The position numbers were made by a program, and so were the translations under genes. Of a DNA stretch of 64,000 nt, positions 1 through 10,198 are shown piece by piece. A model generated the notes under the pieces. That model ran no database searches, was not told where the DNA came from, and saw only the letters and a list, made by a program, of their open reading frames with translations. Position 1 is the first letter of the stretch; each line of letters starts with the position of its first letter. Origin of the DNA: Leptolyngbyaceae cyanobacterium (GTDB lineage Bacteria > Cyanobacteriota > Cyanobacteriia > Phormidesmidales > Phormidesmidaceae); NCBI GenBank assembly GCA_965263355.1, contig CBDHHL010000049.1, positions 1-64,000 on the forward strand, given 5' to 3'.

Positions 1-793
1 TTGCATCCAGAGATTGACCGGGTAAATAGCCGCCCCGTGCGGCCACGCGGGACTGACGTAGTTGTTCTGCCAGGTCATAGAGTTGGCTCAGAACGACATT
101 GGCTGGCTGGCTGGGGTCGATGCGCTGCAGTTGCTCATCGGTGGGGGTATTACACCGCTGGCCACGGCCAGTTTGCTGAGCCATGCGATCCATCCGATAC
201 ACCCGATGGTAGTCACCTAACAGTTGGGTGGCGATGTCCAGTTCTGACTGGCTCAGGTGAGGTAAAAACCGGGGTAGTTGAGCCGCCTTGGTATCATTCA
301 AAATCGCCCAGGGTGTGGCCCGGTATAGCCCCATTCCTAGAAAGAACTGATTGATTTCTGAATGGTTTTTGGTTAGGCGACCGGCCCAGGTACTAAGGGC
401 TGCCTTACTTGGGTCATAGTCAGCCAAAATCGCCATGGCCAATGACTGGTAGGTAGCAGGTACTTTACCATCGTCATCGAGCACTAGTGGCCACAGGTCA
501 TCGGCTTTAAAGCTATAGGTTGTACCAAATCGTTGAGCTAGCTCGATACAGGTATAAACAATTTGGTGAGATATCCAGCAGCGCAGGCATAGCTGGGCGA
601 TGGGGTGCTTGTCAGGGGCTGTTTGGCAAATGCGCCACAGCGTATCCTGACAGGCACGATCCGTTAGGTTTGCAATGTCATCCTCCTCAAAGCAAGATTT
701 GAACCATTGCTGAGCCTGCAGAAAGTTGCGGTGTCCTAATTTCCCTGCGGTTGTCAGGATCCTCATTTGCCAATAGCGAGATGGGTTTTCCAT
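1..793 (-). CDS. Conserved cyanobacterial hypothetical protein, possibly sigma-factor/HetZ-like regulator (3' end runs off the window)
   Basis: Not in the ORF track because it has no stop inside the window. Manual translation from ATG at 793 is open to base 1: MENPSRYWQMRILTTAG...AQLCLRCWISHQIV...DLWPLVLDDDG...LSTWAGRLTKNH...WAILNDT...YHRVYRMDR...RCNTPTDEQL. Family assignment is from recalled motif resemblance only. Confidence 0.75.
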   Translation of the reverse strand, partial: MENPSRYWQMRILTTAGKLGHRNFLQAQQWFKSCFEEDDIANLTDRACQDTLWRICQTAPDKHPIAQLCLRCWISHQIVYTCIELAQRFGTTYSFKADDLWPLVLDDDGKVPATYQSLAMAILADYDPSKAALSTWAGRLTKNHSEINQFFLGMGLYRATPWAILNDTKAAQLPRFLPHLSQSELDIATQLLGDYHRVYRMDRMAQQTGRGQRCNTPTDEQLQRIDPSQPANVVLSQLYDLAEQLRQSRVAARGGYLPGQSLDA

Positions 794-1349
794 ATGTAAA
801 TTGGAAGTCTGGATGCGAACAGTACCCTGGGGTTAGTCTATGGGGGGGGGCCATAGTCAGGTAAATCTGACGATTGATTACCTGCAGAATTAAGGGATAA
901 ACCCGCTGTAGATGCTGTAAATTGGGTTATTCTTGTTTATCTATACGTATTAGTAGCCTCATAGATGCACTCCTTAACGAGTCGCCGTTGGGTACCGCTA
1001 GGATAAGGAAACTTATTCACAGCCTAGAGCTGATAGCTACACAAAAAGCCCTGTATGGTTTGACATAGCGCTCACTCTAGAGGATGCCAATCGCCTGACA
1101 GAATAAATGCAGCCCACTAATGCCCACTAATATAGATGGGCATAGTCACTGTTGGAGTTAATCATTTCCAAGCTCTGAGCTGTGGCCGTAGTGGCGACAA
1201 GACACGTATTTTTGGCATGTGGCCTCATTTATATAGATTTGATGTGAAAAATAGAATGATTAGTTGATGCAACCTGATAATCAACTTTTTGGGAAGTACT
1301 GCTCAATAGCACTTCCCAAAAGACTTTCTTCAACGTTTTATTGTCTTAA

Positions 1350-2342
1350 TTATCGCTGGGCCAACTCCCTCCACTCATTCCTTAACTCCTGCGCCCGTGA
1401 ATTTTGTGGATTAATCGCCAGCACCTGGTCCATTGCCTCAGCCGCCTGACCATAGCGACCCAAATTTGCCAGTGACAAGGCCTTGTTATACCAAGGCCCT
1501 TCTGCCTGCGCATCCAGAGCAATTGCCTGATCATAGGATGCCACTGACTCCTCATAGCGTTCTAACCGGGCCAGGCTATTCCCCCGAAAGAACCAGGCAT
1601 CAGCAAAATTAGGCGCTAGCTTCACCGCTTGGTCCAGGGCCGTCAACGCCTCCTCTGGACGCTCTAGCCCAATCAACAAACGCCCTGCCATAAACCAGGC
1701 CATCGTCATATCCGGCTTCAACTCCGCTGCCCGCTGAAAATCAGCCAGTGCATCACTATTGCGTTCAGCATTAGTCAACGCAATACCTCGATGGTAGTAT
1801 GCCGTAGCATAATTGGGGTCTACCGTAATCGCCTGCTGATAGGCCGCTAGCGCATCCTGCAGTTGATTGGTCATATCTAACGAATTTCCCAACCATACCC
1901 AGGCATAGGCTAAGTCCGGTTTAAGTTCCGTCACTCGACGATAGGCTGTGCCAGCGTCCCCATAGCGACGTAATCCCAAAAGCGCTTCCCCCTTGCCTAA
2001 CCAACCCTGAAACTGATTAGGCTCGATGGAAATTGCTGTCTCAAACGTAGCTAAGGCTGCTTCATAATTGCGAGAGTTTAACTGTTCTATACCTGTGTCA
2101 ATTAAATCTTGGTAGGACTGCCCCTGAGATAATTGAACCACTGCTTGGGAGTGTGTCTCAATCGCAGGTTCGATAGCGGCTAGTGCTGCAGTGGACAACA
2201 AAATAGGAAGAACCGTACCTAGACCAATAGCAGACAAAAATTTCATAGGGAATACTCCGAAAATACAAATGGGCCTTGCTGTGTTCTGAACCGCAATGGT
2301 GCTCATGCGGCTCGACTTATTCACTGACCTAGCGACAGCCAA
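1350..2342 (-). CDS. Tetratricopeptide repeat protein, likely exported (true start probably MKFLSAIGLG)
   Basis: About 7 tandem 34-aa TPR units (AW..G..L..L..Y..A...Y..A....P); hydrophobic signal-like stretch after internal Met. Confidence 0.9.
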   Translation of the reverse strand: MAVARSVNKSSRMSTIAVQNTARPICIFGVFPMKFLSAIGLGTVLPILLSTAALAAIEPAIETHSQAVVQLSQGQSYQDLIDTGIEQLNSRNYEAALATFETAISIEPNQFQGWLGKGEALLGLRRYGDAGTAYRRVTELKPDLAYAWVWLGNSLDMTNQLQDALAAYQQAITVDPNYATAYYHRGIALTNAERNSDALADFQRAAELKPDMTMAWFMAGRLLIGLERPEEALTALDQAVKLAPNFADAWFFRGNSLARLERYEESVASYDQAIALDAQAEGPWYNKALSLANLGRYGQAAEAMDQVLAINPQNSRAQELRNEWRELAQR

Positions 2343-2408
2343 AGATTTTGCAAACCGTAGGTGGTTCTCATGACTGTAGACTTTTCACACGGGTAGAGAT
2401 GATGAAAA

Positions 2409-2438
2409 CCCCCTATTCCCATCTTTGGAGAATAGGGG
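2409..2438 (-). terminator. Intrinsic terminator-like hairpin downstream of the caspase gene
   Basis: cccctattcc...ggagaatagggg inverted repeat followed on the minus strand by GTTTTC. Confidence 0.5.
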
Positions 2439-2517
2439 ATCAGAAATCTTGGTTACAGTTAGAAGATGCGTTTGACGTTGCTGATCTGCAACGATGGGCT
2501 GGTTTACCCACATGGGT

Positions 2518-4815
2518 TTAGGATGCTTCCTCAACAACTTCAAAGACAGCAGAAAAGGCTGCTAACCCCTTAGCATCAGAAGCACTTTGACGATTACGTG
2601 TAAAAACTGTACTGCGTGCATTACGATTTAGATCACCTAGCAAGCTATCTAACACCTGTACGGGGGTATCATCGCCTTCATTTAAACCACGGGTCTCACC
2701 TTCCCCAAATGCGATAGGGTTACCTGAGCTTATACCTCGCCCACGGGCCACTTCTTTTAACCCACGTAGGGCATCTCGTAGTTGCTCTGTACTGGCCAGG
2801 ACTAAAAGCTCAAAGTGCCCCGCCGGACCACCGATAACAAAATCAAAGGTACTGTTAATATCAGGAATTGTGATGCGTTGTCCTGCTGCTACCAACGTAT
2901 CAGGTTCTGCTGCATCCCAGGCGACAGGATGTAAAATAATCAGCTGACCTTTACTGTCAATGACCATAATGCTTATATACAGGTCCTGACGCTCATTATT
3001 GGTGACTTCAATCTTGATTTGATCACCTACTTTAACTTGTTGAATGCCTGTATCAATAGTGCGTGCAATAATACCTGTTTCTTGAGCAGCGCGGCTACCT
3101 CGACTAAATAAGACTCCGCCAGAGTCTACCGGAGTAACGTTCACATCTACGTTGAGATCGGAAATATCACTGTTGACTACGGACTTAAGGATACGTCCTG
3201 CCAACAACATTTTCATGCGAGGGCGTAATCGCATAACTGCATTTTCGACCGATTCATTGGGGCGAGAAAACGAGTCAGGAATAGGCGTTAACCCTGGTGT
3301 AAATAAGCCGATACCACCTACAGGAGATGTAATAGTTATGCCTTGGTTTGTTGCTTGTATTTTACTGCTCTCTGTTAATCTACCTATCAGATAGTCAATA
3401 GGTTGAGTTTGATCAACGTTAACTACAGTGACGCGGCTGACATTGGTTAAGGCTTCGAATAGTGCTGCCTTTTCATCTCCTAAGCTGTCATCCACACCGA
3501 CTCTTAGGTTTAAGTCGGCTGGAATACCGCGTACTTGTTCTCGCATGAGCACATTATTACTTGAAATACTACGACTATTGGTGGTTATAGTGCCATAGCC
3601 TTCTAGGCCAGCCCTGCTGTTTTGGACGATTTCACCTATAGGCTTTCCTTCTGAATCAATCAAGTTAAAAATGGCACCTTCCGTGAAGGCTTCAATATTT
3701 TGAGGCGAGACCCCTCCCAACCAAAAGGTGACTTGATTCCCTTCAATTTTGCGAACAACTGCTTCAGCAGATGGCTTTGGTGTCTCTATAAACAACGGTG
3801 GCTTCTGGCCAAAGTTACTATTAGGTTGCACTTCATGGATCGGTTCTTGCTCAATGCCTGCATTTTTGGCAACATCACTAGTGCTACGTGATAGATTTAC
3901 AAATACACTATCTATGGATTGATTACCTACTTGTTGCCAGAGATAGCGGGTTAGTAAATAGGTAAAGGCACCTGCGTTAAAGTCTCCAAAGGGCGCATCT
4001 GCGGCCAGTTGACTAATGCGAGCTGAGCCCAGTGCCATACCTTTTGCAATCCCTGCTCGACGTAAACTGCGTAGCTTGTCAACAGATAAACCGTTACGTT
4101 CTAGCCATATATCCTGATAGGCTAGTTCGATATCAGATGGTTCTACTGCTTCACCATTTAATAATCGATCAGAAACGGAGCGGAAAACCAGATTACCCCG
4201 GATACCTCCTTGGGAATGGCAGCTATCTAAAATAAGGCTGACATTATCTGTTTTTAGGGCATAAGTGAGCAAAAATAAGGTTTTGCCCATGATGTCGTTG
4301 ACTTGATTGCTGCTAGAGGGTAGGTTAGATCGTCCATCGATGGGAACTAATGTTCCGTTTTTGTTATTAAATTCTGGAATACCATTGTTCTCTTTGACTG
4401 TGGAACCATGCCCCGAATAATGGAAAACGACAACATCGCCTGCTTTGGCTTGTCCAATTAAGTGGTCTTCAAAGGCTCCCAATATGTTCTCCCTGGTGGG
4501 CGTAGCCATGATGCGATCGCGTAAAATCCCATTCAGGGGATCGCTGATGATCTTAATGTCGTCAGGGTGAAACCCAAAGCGATGTACTAGTAGCTCATAC
4601 TGCATTTCAACATCAGTCAAGCAGCCGCGTAAAGCTCCCACCTCGTCAGGGTAATTATTAATACCCACCAATAGGGCTAACTTTCTAGGAGTATCTTGAG
4701 CCAACGCCTTACCGTATTGCTCAGACTGGCGTAAAAAATCCGTTTGGCTCAGGCCAATGGATGCCAGGGTAGAGCCGGCAAGTTGTAGAAAATGACGGCG
4801 CTTGAATTGAGGCAT
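2518..4815 (-). CDS. Caspase-family (peptidase C14) protein with Tat-like signal and C-terminal DUF4384-like domain
   Basis: KLALLVGINNY, LRGCLTDV, catalytic HYSGHG and ILDSCHS motifs; N-terminal KRRHFLQ twin-arginine motif; C-terminal VKVGDQIKIEVTNN...LYISIMVIDSKG...LHP domain. Confidence 0.9.
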   Translation of the reverse strand: MPQFKRRHFLQLAGSTLASIGLSQTDFLRQSEQYGKALAQDTPRKLALLVGINNYPDEVGALRGCLTDVEMQYELLVHRFGFHPDDIKIISDPLNGILRDRIMATPTRENILGAFEDHLIGQAKAGDVVVFHYSGHGSTVKENNGIPEFNNKNGTLVPIDGRSNLPSSSNQVNDIMGKTLFLLTYALKTDNVSLILDSCHSQGGIRGNLVFRSVSDRLLNGEAVEPSDIELAYQDIWLERNGLSVDKLRSLRRAGIAKGMALGSARISQLAADAPFGDFNAGAFTYLLTRYLWQQVGNQSIDSVFVNLSRSTSDVAKNAGIEQEPIHEVQPNSNFGQKPPLFIETPKPSAEAVVRKIEGNQVTFWLGGVSPQNIEAFTEGAIFNLIDSEGKPIGEIVQNSRAGLEGYGTITTNSRSISSNNVLMREQVRGIPADLNLRVGVDDSLGDEKAALFEALTNVSRVTVVNVDQTQPIDYLIGRLTESSKIQATNQGITITSPVGGIGLFTPGLTPIPDSFSRPNESVENAVMRLRPRMKMLLAGRILKSVVNSDISDLNVDVNVTPVDSGGVLFSRGSRAAQETGIIARTIDTGIQQVKVGDQIKIEVTNNERQDLYISIMVIDSKGQLIILHPVAWDAAEPDTLVAAGQRITIPDINSTFDFVIGGPAGHFELLVLASTEQLRDALRGLKEVARGRGISSGNPIAFGEGETRGLNEGDDTPVQVLDSLLGDLNRNARSTVFTRNRQSASDAKGLAAFSAVFEVVEEAS

Positions 4816-5124
4816 GACAAGGACTCCAACTTTTCTCCATAGTCGCTACTTCTCACTTATCTGGACTTATTCACTCAACTTTTTGAGGAATAGTTTAGAT
4901 GGCTGAGCATTTTTAGGCGATATAGCTTAATTGATGCATTTAACTCGGTCCTCTACAAAGACATGTCTCGCCGGGTAATCGAAACTCTGCAACAGTTTAG
5001 CCCCGAGGGGAATAGTACTCCATTGGCCATCTGGTGACCGAACTGTCTGATTGAAAGAAGCGATAACGCAAGCGCTGACTTGTCAGTTCGCAACCTACAC
5101 CACCCATCGTGCCGAAAAACTCCT

Positions 5125-5687
5125 AAGAAGCCCCCCATGGACACTAAGAGGCATGGAGGGCTTTGGGTTAGCTATATAGAGTTAAGTAATACAGGGGTCT
5201 GTCTACTCAGATATAGGTTTCAAGATAGGACGTTTGCAATAACTTGTCTACGGTTCCACTGTACGCTGAGATGCGTCATACTAGCCCTTTTGTGGGATAA
5301 GCTTACTGCTTGCCTACACAACCATCAAGTTTCCTTGGTTTGTGTCTGCGATCACGGTGGAGTGAACCGGTTGGGTGTTGACTAAAGAATTCTGGGATTG
5401 TCTGATGCCGTGGCCTGGTGAGTTGTAGCGTTGGGCGATTAAGCTAGGGAAGCTTTAAAACACAATAACACCCAGAACGATCTACCTGAGGAACTCTTCT
5501 ACATTGGACAAGACTTTCTAGAGTTGTTCTGTGAAGGGCAAACCTTACTAAAAACAATGCTCTCTAGTGCAAGCAAGAAGAAATATCAGTGACCTGTTTG
5601 GATGCTATGTGTAGTCCGTCAAACGATGATATAAAAATATCTATCATTGACCTCCTTTGCTGTGGTTATAAGCTTTTCAGCTCATGT
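5125..5687 (-). ncRNA. Putative large structured ncRNA, copy 1 (~560 nt, family unrecognised)
   Basis: Diverged duplicate at 12296-12864 with indels and no shared ORF; many helices keep pairing through G-U/compensatory changes on the minus strand; two GAAA tetraloop hairpins; upstream -35/-10 and a 3' 12-bp hairpin in both copies. Confidence 0.65.
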
Positions 5688-5691
5688 TTCT

Positions 5692-5730
5692 AGCATATTC
5701 CTTAAGTGGAGCAGTGTCTTTTTTCTGACA
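5692..5730 (-). promoter_or_regulatory. Putative sigma70-type promoter of ncRNA copy 1 with overlapping TGTC-N8-GACA inverted repeat
   Basis: Minus strand AAGACA (5720-5715), 17 nt, TATGCT (5697-5692); the same layout is present in copy 2 while the spacer sequence differs. Confidence 0.5.
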
Positions 5731-5860
5731 TAAAGGTTAATGTTGTTAGTTTTTGTAACTGGTCAGTGAGGTAGGTCTCTAGGATGTTGTGGTTGATGAC
5801 ACTGCAAGCGATAATCTCATCCTTCTAGGATCGCATTGTTCAATAGTGGGTTAAAAGCCG

Positions 5861-6079
5861 ATGCGCCTACCAAGACCACAAATAGCTAGCCAAGAGTCAG
5901 CCCCATTGCCTAAATCACAACCAGCGACTGGAAAGCTGAAGTATTTTCGACCGTTGCCGTATCATATTGCGCTGAGTCAGGCGGCCCGGTTTGAGGCGTG
6001 GATGCAGGATGTGGAGGATGTGGGTGGTCCGGCAGAGGCGTTGGACAGTAGTGATTTTGATCCGAGGTTAATGGAGTGA
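5861..6079 (+). CDS. Small hypothetical protein (72 aa), paralog of 13039-13260
   Basis: Near-identical protein in the second copy with many third-position synonymous changes (tat/tac, ccg/cct, gcg/gct, gcc/gca, gac/gat, tta/ttg), indicating selection on the peptide. Confidence 0.8.
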   Translation: MRLPRPQIASQESAPLPKSQPATGKLKYFRPLPYHIALSQAARFEAWMQDVEDVGGPAEALDSSDFDPRLME

Positions 6080-6445
6080 TTGTAATCGAGCTTGGGGTCT
6101 AGAAATATTTGTAATCATCTAAAGCTGTTGCCATAGGGTGTGTTGACTATTATTGTCTCAGTTTAGGTGCCAGGGGCTAGAGACTTTTGTGATCAAATGG
6201 AGATTTTAGGATCAAAAGCTTTACTCCAAGGTAAGTAAAAAGCTGGTTGGCGAGAACAGGCAGGTAACTCGCAAGATGCAGGTTGTCTTAATCGCATTGA
6301 TGAAGCGTTACGAGAGTTATTGACTGAATTGGATTAGCCGAACGCACACAATGCCCGAATCATAGCAGCCGCGATCTCCCGGTTTAGTCTGATAGCGGTC
6401 TGTCAGTTTGAGTCGTTAACTTTGGCAGTAGGTTAGGCAGTTTAG

Positions 6446-6471
6446 GGTATCACCGTGAGTACGGTGATACC
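6446..6471. repeat. Perfect 11-bp stem hairpin GGTATCACCGT-GAGT-ACGGTGATACC
   Basis: Direct reading of an intergenic inverted repeat; function unknown. Confidence 0.6.
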
Positions 6472-6806
6472 AATTTGAACCAATAGTTACCCCTATTTTA
6501 GGCTGCCAGAGTCATTAAAGAGCGATAACGTTAAAAATTGTTCCAATAAATCTTCCTACACACCTGTGTGGATGTCTCTTTCTCATACAGTAATCATGAT
6601 TCCGGCTGCCATAAATCTTATGGTTGATTAGTCTCTGGAATATCATCATCAAAGGGTTGTATCCCTGTTTCAGGGTAATTGTCATCACTGGGGGAAAAGA
6701 CCCGCTTAGCAGCTTCTAAGACCCAGATTGTAGATCCTTGGATAGATTGACCAATAGTATTAATCATTCTTTTTACTGTACCCATGACAAAGCTCCTTAA
6801 ATAGTC

Positions 6807-6992
6807 TTAACTGTGTTTTTCCTTATAGGAATATTGCAATTCCCAACAGTCTTCTAAAAACTGAACCTTATTGTTGTGGCAAAACTGCCATGGTTCCAAA
6901 ATTGTCTTGCTATTTTTATCAAACAGCGGTTGATTTAGGTAACGCCATAGAAGCATCCCAAAACGTTTCAATCGGGTTTTCCCCATAAACAT
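6807..6992 (-). CDS. Small hypothetical protein (LWRYLNQPLF motif)
   Basis: Part of ORF 6807-7082; internal Met at 6992; motif resembles small cyanobacterial hypothetical proteins from memory. Confidence 0.5.
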   Translation of the reverse strand: MFMGKTRLKRFGMLLWRYLNQPLFDKNSKTILEPWQFCHNNKVQFLEDCWELQYSYKEKHS

Positions 6993-7263
6993 TGGCTGCC
7001 CCCCCCCATTGTTGGTCAATCTTGAACATGTCTTAAGATACAGAAAAAGTTTGGGGATATTGTGAGGGTCATAGAATGTCATTAAAAAAGTAGTTTTTAT
7101 TTCAAATTCTATCTATTATTTGGATGTCCTCCACAAAATACTCATATTGGCGGATTAACATACTAAATAGCAGCTAAGGATACGCAGTTCGGTTACTGAG
7201 TCAGGGGCATTATCAATTTTTCAAGCACTAATCAATCACTGGCATTTAACACATACTTTATTA

Positions 7264-8847
7264 TTGGTGGACAGGTTTACGATGGAATATCAACCGCTTC
7301 CTTCCCTAATTCATCAAATGTTAGAGCCCAGTTTCTATCCCCATTGGACCCAAGACATTATTGAATTAGTGCAAACCCATACTGCCTACGTACTACTGAC
7401 GGGCCGCTATGCTTATAAAGTCAAAAAGCCTGTTGATTATGGGTTTCTCAATTATGCTACTCTGACAGCTCGCAAACACTATGTAGAAGAAGAACTACGG
7501 CTTAATAAGCGTACTGCCGCCGCCATTTATATAGATGCAGTTCCTATTTACCAAATTGGAGAAATATTTAGCCTCTCTGGTGATGGAAAGCCAGTTGAAT
7601 ATGTAGTAAAAATGCATCAGTTTCCAGCTAATTCTCTATTTTCGGATTTGTTAGACCAGGGGCAGCTTACCCCTGAGTTAATGCGATCTCTTGCCCATCA
7701 AGTTGCAGATTTCCATGATCGAGCTATAACCAATGAGTATATTCAATCCTTTGGCATAGTCGAAAAGCTGCGTCCAGCTTTTGAAGAGAACTATCTTCAA
7801 AGTCAATCTTACATTGGGCGTGGTCAAACCCAAAAGCAATTACAAGAAACCAAAGCCTATACAGATGAAGCGTTTACTAAATGGCAAGAGTGTTTTCAAA
7901 ACCGCATTAAGCATAACAAAATTCGTGAATGCCACGGCGATCTACACTTGAGGAATATTTGCCTATGGAAAAATAAAATCTTTCTATTTGACTGTATCGA
8001 ATTTAATGAAGCCTTTCGATATGTTGACACCATGTACGATGTGGCTTTTACCGTCATGGATTGTGACGCTCGGGGACATCATGACTTAGGTTACGCCTTT
8101 CTAAATACCTACTTAGAAGATACCGGAGACTGGGAAGGGCTGGAAGTATTACCGTTGTATCTCAGTCGTCAGGCCTACGTCAGAGCTAAAGTAACTTCAT
8201 TTCTTTTAGATAGATCTAACATGAGCGTTGATCAAACTCAGCATCTCCAAACTCAAGCGCAAGCTTACTATACTCTGGCTTGGCGCTATACTCAACCACA
8301 GTCAGGTAGGTTAATTTTAATGTCTGGCCTATCTGGTTCAGGTAAAAGCACTGTTGCTCGGAAATTAGCATGTCTTATCGGTGCAATCCATATTCGTTCT
8401 GACGCCGTTCGAAAACATCTCGCAGACATTCCTCTTCAACAACGTGGGGATGCAAGTCTCTATACCCCTGTTTTGACCCAGCAAACATATGATCGCTTAT
8501 GCGATTTAGGAATTCGATTAGCAACCCTTGGGTATACCGTTATTCTCGATGCGAAATACGATCGCATTAATAATCGACAAAGAGTATTAAACCAAGCTAA
8601 AGCTGTCAATGTTTCTGCTGCGATTCTAGTGTGTACTGCTCCTCTCGCCGTACTCCGTCAGCGATTGCAACAGCGTACAGATGATATCGCTGATGCTACT
8701 GCCGAGTTACTGACTAGTCAACAGGCAACATCAGAGGCCCTCACTAAGGATGAAAACTCACTAGCAATATATCTTGATACAACCGGCAACCTAGAAGAGG
8801 AAGTCCAAGCAATTGCGACTCAATTGTCTCCAGTCGCAATTACTTAG
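7264..8847 (+). CDS. Bifunctional aminoglycoside-phosphotransferase-like kinase / AAA_33 P-loop protein
   Basis: QTH...AYKVKKPV, ECHGDLHLRNI, FDCIEFN kinase motifs; C-terminal GLSGSGKST Walker A and RSDAVRK. Start may be ATG 7282. Confidence 0.9.
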   Translation: MVDRFTMEYQPLPSLIHQMLEPSFYPHWTQDIIELVQTHTAYVLLTGRYAYKVKKPVDYGFLNYATLTARKHYVEEELRLNKRTAAAIYIDAVPIYQIGEIFSLSGDGKPVEYVVKMHQFPANSLFSDLLDQGQLTPELMRSLAHQVADFHDRAITNEYIQSFGIVEKLRPAFEENYLQSQSYIGRGQTQKQLQETKAYTDEAFTKWQECFQNRIKHNKIRECHGDLHLRNICLWKNKIFLFDCIEFNEAFRYVDTMYDVAFTVMDCDARGHHDLGYAFLNTYLEDTGDWEGLEVLPLYLSRQAYVRAKVTSFLLDRSNMSVDQTQHLQTQAQAYYTLAWRYTQPQSGRLILMSGLSGSGKSTVARKLACLIGAIHIRSDAVRKHLADIPLQQRGDASLYTPVLTQQTYDRLCDLGIRLATLGYTVILDAKYDRINNRQRVLNQAKAVNVSAAILVCTAPLAVLRQRLQQRTDDIADATAELLTSQQATSEALTKDENSLAIYLDTTGNLEEEVQAIATQLSPVAIT

Positions 8848-8888
8848 ATAATCTTCCTATCCAAACTTACTAACTCCTCAGGTAGATT

Positions 8889-9971
8889 TTAGGAGTTTAC
8901 CAGCGTTACCTGACGAGATTCTCGCGTAGACTCAGATTGTATAGCATTAGGTGTTGTTGCTGTTTGTTTAGGGCGTGTAACCATCACAGAACAAGGGGCT
9001 CGATGACTGACATAGTAGCTAACACTGCCCACTAATAGTTCCCTAAGACCTGATAATCCACGAGAGCCTATTACAATAAGATCAGCTTTCCAATCCCTGG
9101 CTATCTCACAAATACGTGACCCTGTCCGCCCTTGCATTACATCGCAGATTGCATCAATCCCTTCATTTTCAATATCTTGAACCTTCATCTGTAGCTGTCG
9201 CCACCAACCATCAATAAATTTATTCCAGTCATGTTGATATTCTTCTAACAAAAGCCTATTGTGTTGAAGCATATATTGACTATCGCTAAAGATAAGCTTT
9301 TGAGGCATGTCATGCTCATCCTCATCAATCACATGAACTAGCCTAAGCTCAGCGTCATAAGGTTTTGCAAAATCAACCGCAGTTGCAACTACCTGTTCTG
9401 ATCCATTAGACCTATCTATAGGTACCAAAATACGTTGCGGCTTTCTTATCTCAACATTCGAAGCGCTTGGTTGAAGAGATATCTCAGATTGCTTATCTGA
9501 ATGAACAATCAATACTGAACAGGGGGCGTGATGCATCACATGATTACTGACACTTCCGATCAATAATTCACTTATTCCAGAAAAACCATGACTACCAACA
9601 ATTATTAAATCCGCATCCCAGGTTTCAGCAAACTCACATAGCTTTGTGCCTGGGGTACCATAAAGTAGGGTGCCAGAAGCCTTAACATCTGTCTTTTTAG
9701 TATCAGCAACCTTCTGTCCTAGCCAGGCCTGAGAATGATCAATAAACTGGTTCCAAGCCACTTGATACGATTCCAACATCGTAGTATTTATACCTGGATA
9801 GGGGAAGCCGTTAAAATATGAACCAACTTGTGGCGCATCTGATTCATTATCAGATAAAACGTAAACTAGTTTCAGTTCGGCCTCATAACCTTGAGCAAAT
9901 AGGATTGCTTTCCGGAGTGCTTTCACACTCAAATTAGACTTGTCAAGGCCAACTAGGATTTTGCGAATCAT
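8889..9971 (-). CDS. Universal stress protein with two USP domains
   Basis: Two repeats of KILV..D.S and ADLI(I/V)(V/I)GS.G.SG..ELL.GSVS..V.H.APCSV; start set to ATG 9971 (MIRKILV) preceded by AGGAGA. Confidence 0.92.
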   Translation of the reverse strand: MIRKILVGLDKSNLSVKALRKAILFAQGYEAELKLVYVLSDNESDAPQVGSYFNGFPYPGINTTMLESYQVAWNQFIDHSQAWLGQKVADTKKTDVKASGTLLYGTPGTKLCEFAETWDADLIIVGSHGFSGISELLIGSVSNHVMHHAPCSVLIVHSDKQSEISLQPSASNVEIRKPQRILVPIDRSNGSEQVVATAVDFAKPYDAELRLVHVIDEDEHDMPQKLIFSDSQYMLQHNRLLLEEYQHDWNKFIDGWWRQLQMKVQDIENEGIDAICDVMQGRTGSRICEIARDWKADLIVIGSRGLSGLRELLVGSVSYYVSHRAPCSVMVTRPKQTATTPNAIQSESTRESRQVTLVNS

Positions 9972-10198
9972 TACTTTTCTCCTATATTTTTCATATTCAA
10001 CTAGAGTAAAAAAATCTCCTCTGAGGAGAATCAAAAATTTTGTAAGGAACAAAAGAGTCTGATGTCCCAACGCCTCTAGTGCCTATTAGATCAAAAGAAT
10101 TTGAGGAATTTATGAGGATTACATTTTCAACTTTTTAATTCTTCAAACTTAAAAGTCAGTCTTCTCAATAACTGCAAGATGCTGATAGCTTTACCTTT

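Noticed and set aside
1..354. 117-aa plus-strand ORF and 520-702 ORF
   Set aside because: Antisense shadows of the longer minus-strand CDS starting at 793.
5080..5385. 101-aa plus-strand ORF (and the 60-aa minus ORF 12315-12497)
   Set aside because: Reading frames are not preserved between the two homologous copies.
5564..5660. 27-codon minus-strand ORF (MIDIFISS...CLH) after AAGGAGG within the ncRNA, as a type I toxin
   Set aside because: Copy 2 has ACG instead of ATG (a change that strengthens an RNA helix), the SD spacing is only 3 nt and the peptide is neither well conserved nor hydrophobic. Not fully excluded.
6337..6420. Possible integron attC site after a short decayed ORF
   Set aside because: Only weak end complementarity, a single instance, and the recombinase in the window lacks recognisable integron-integrase features.
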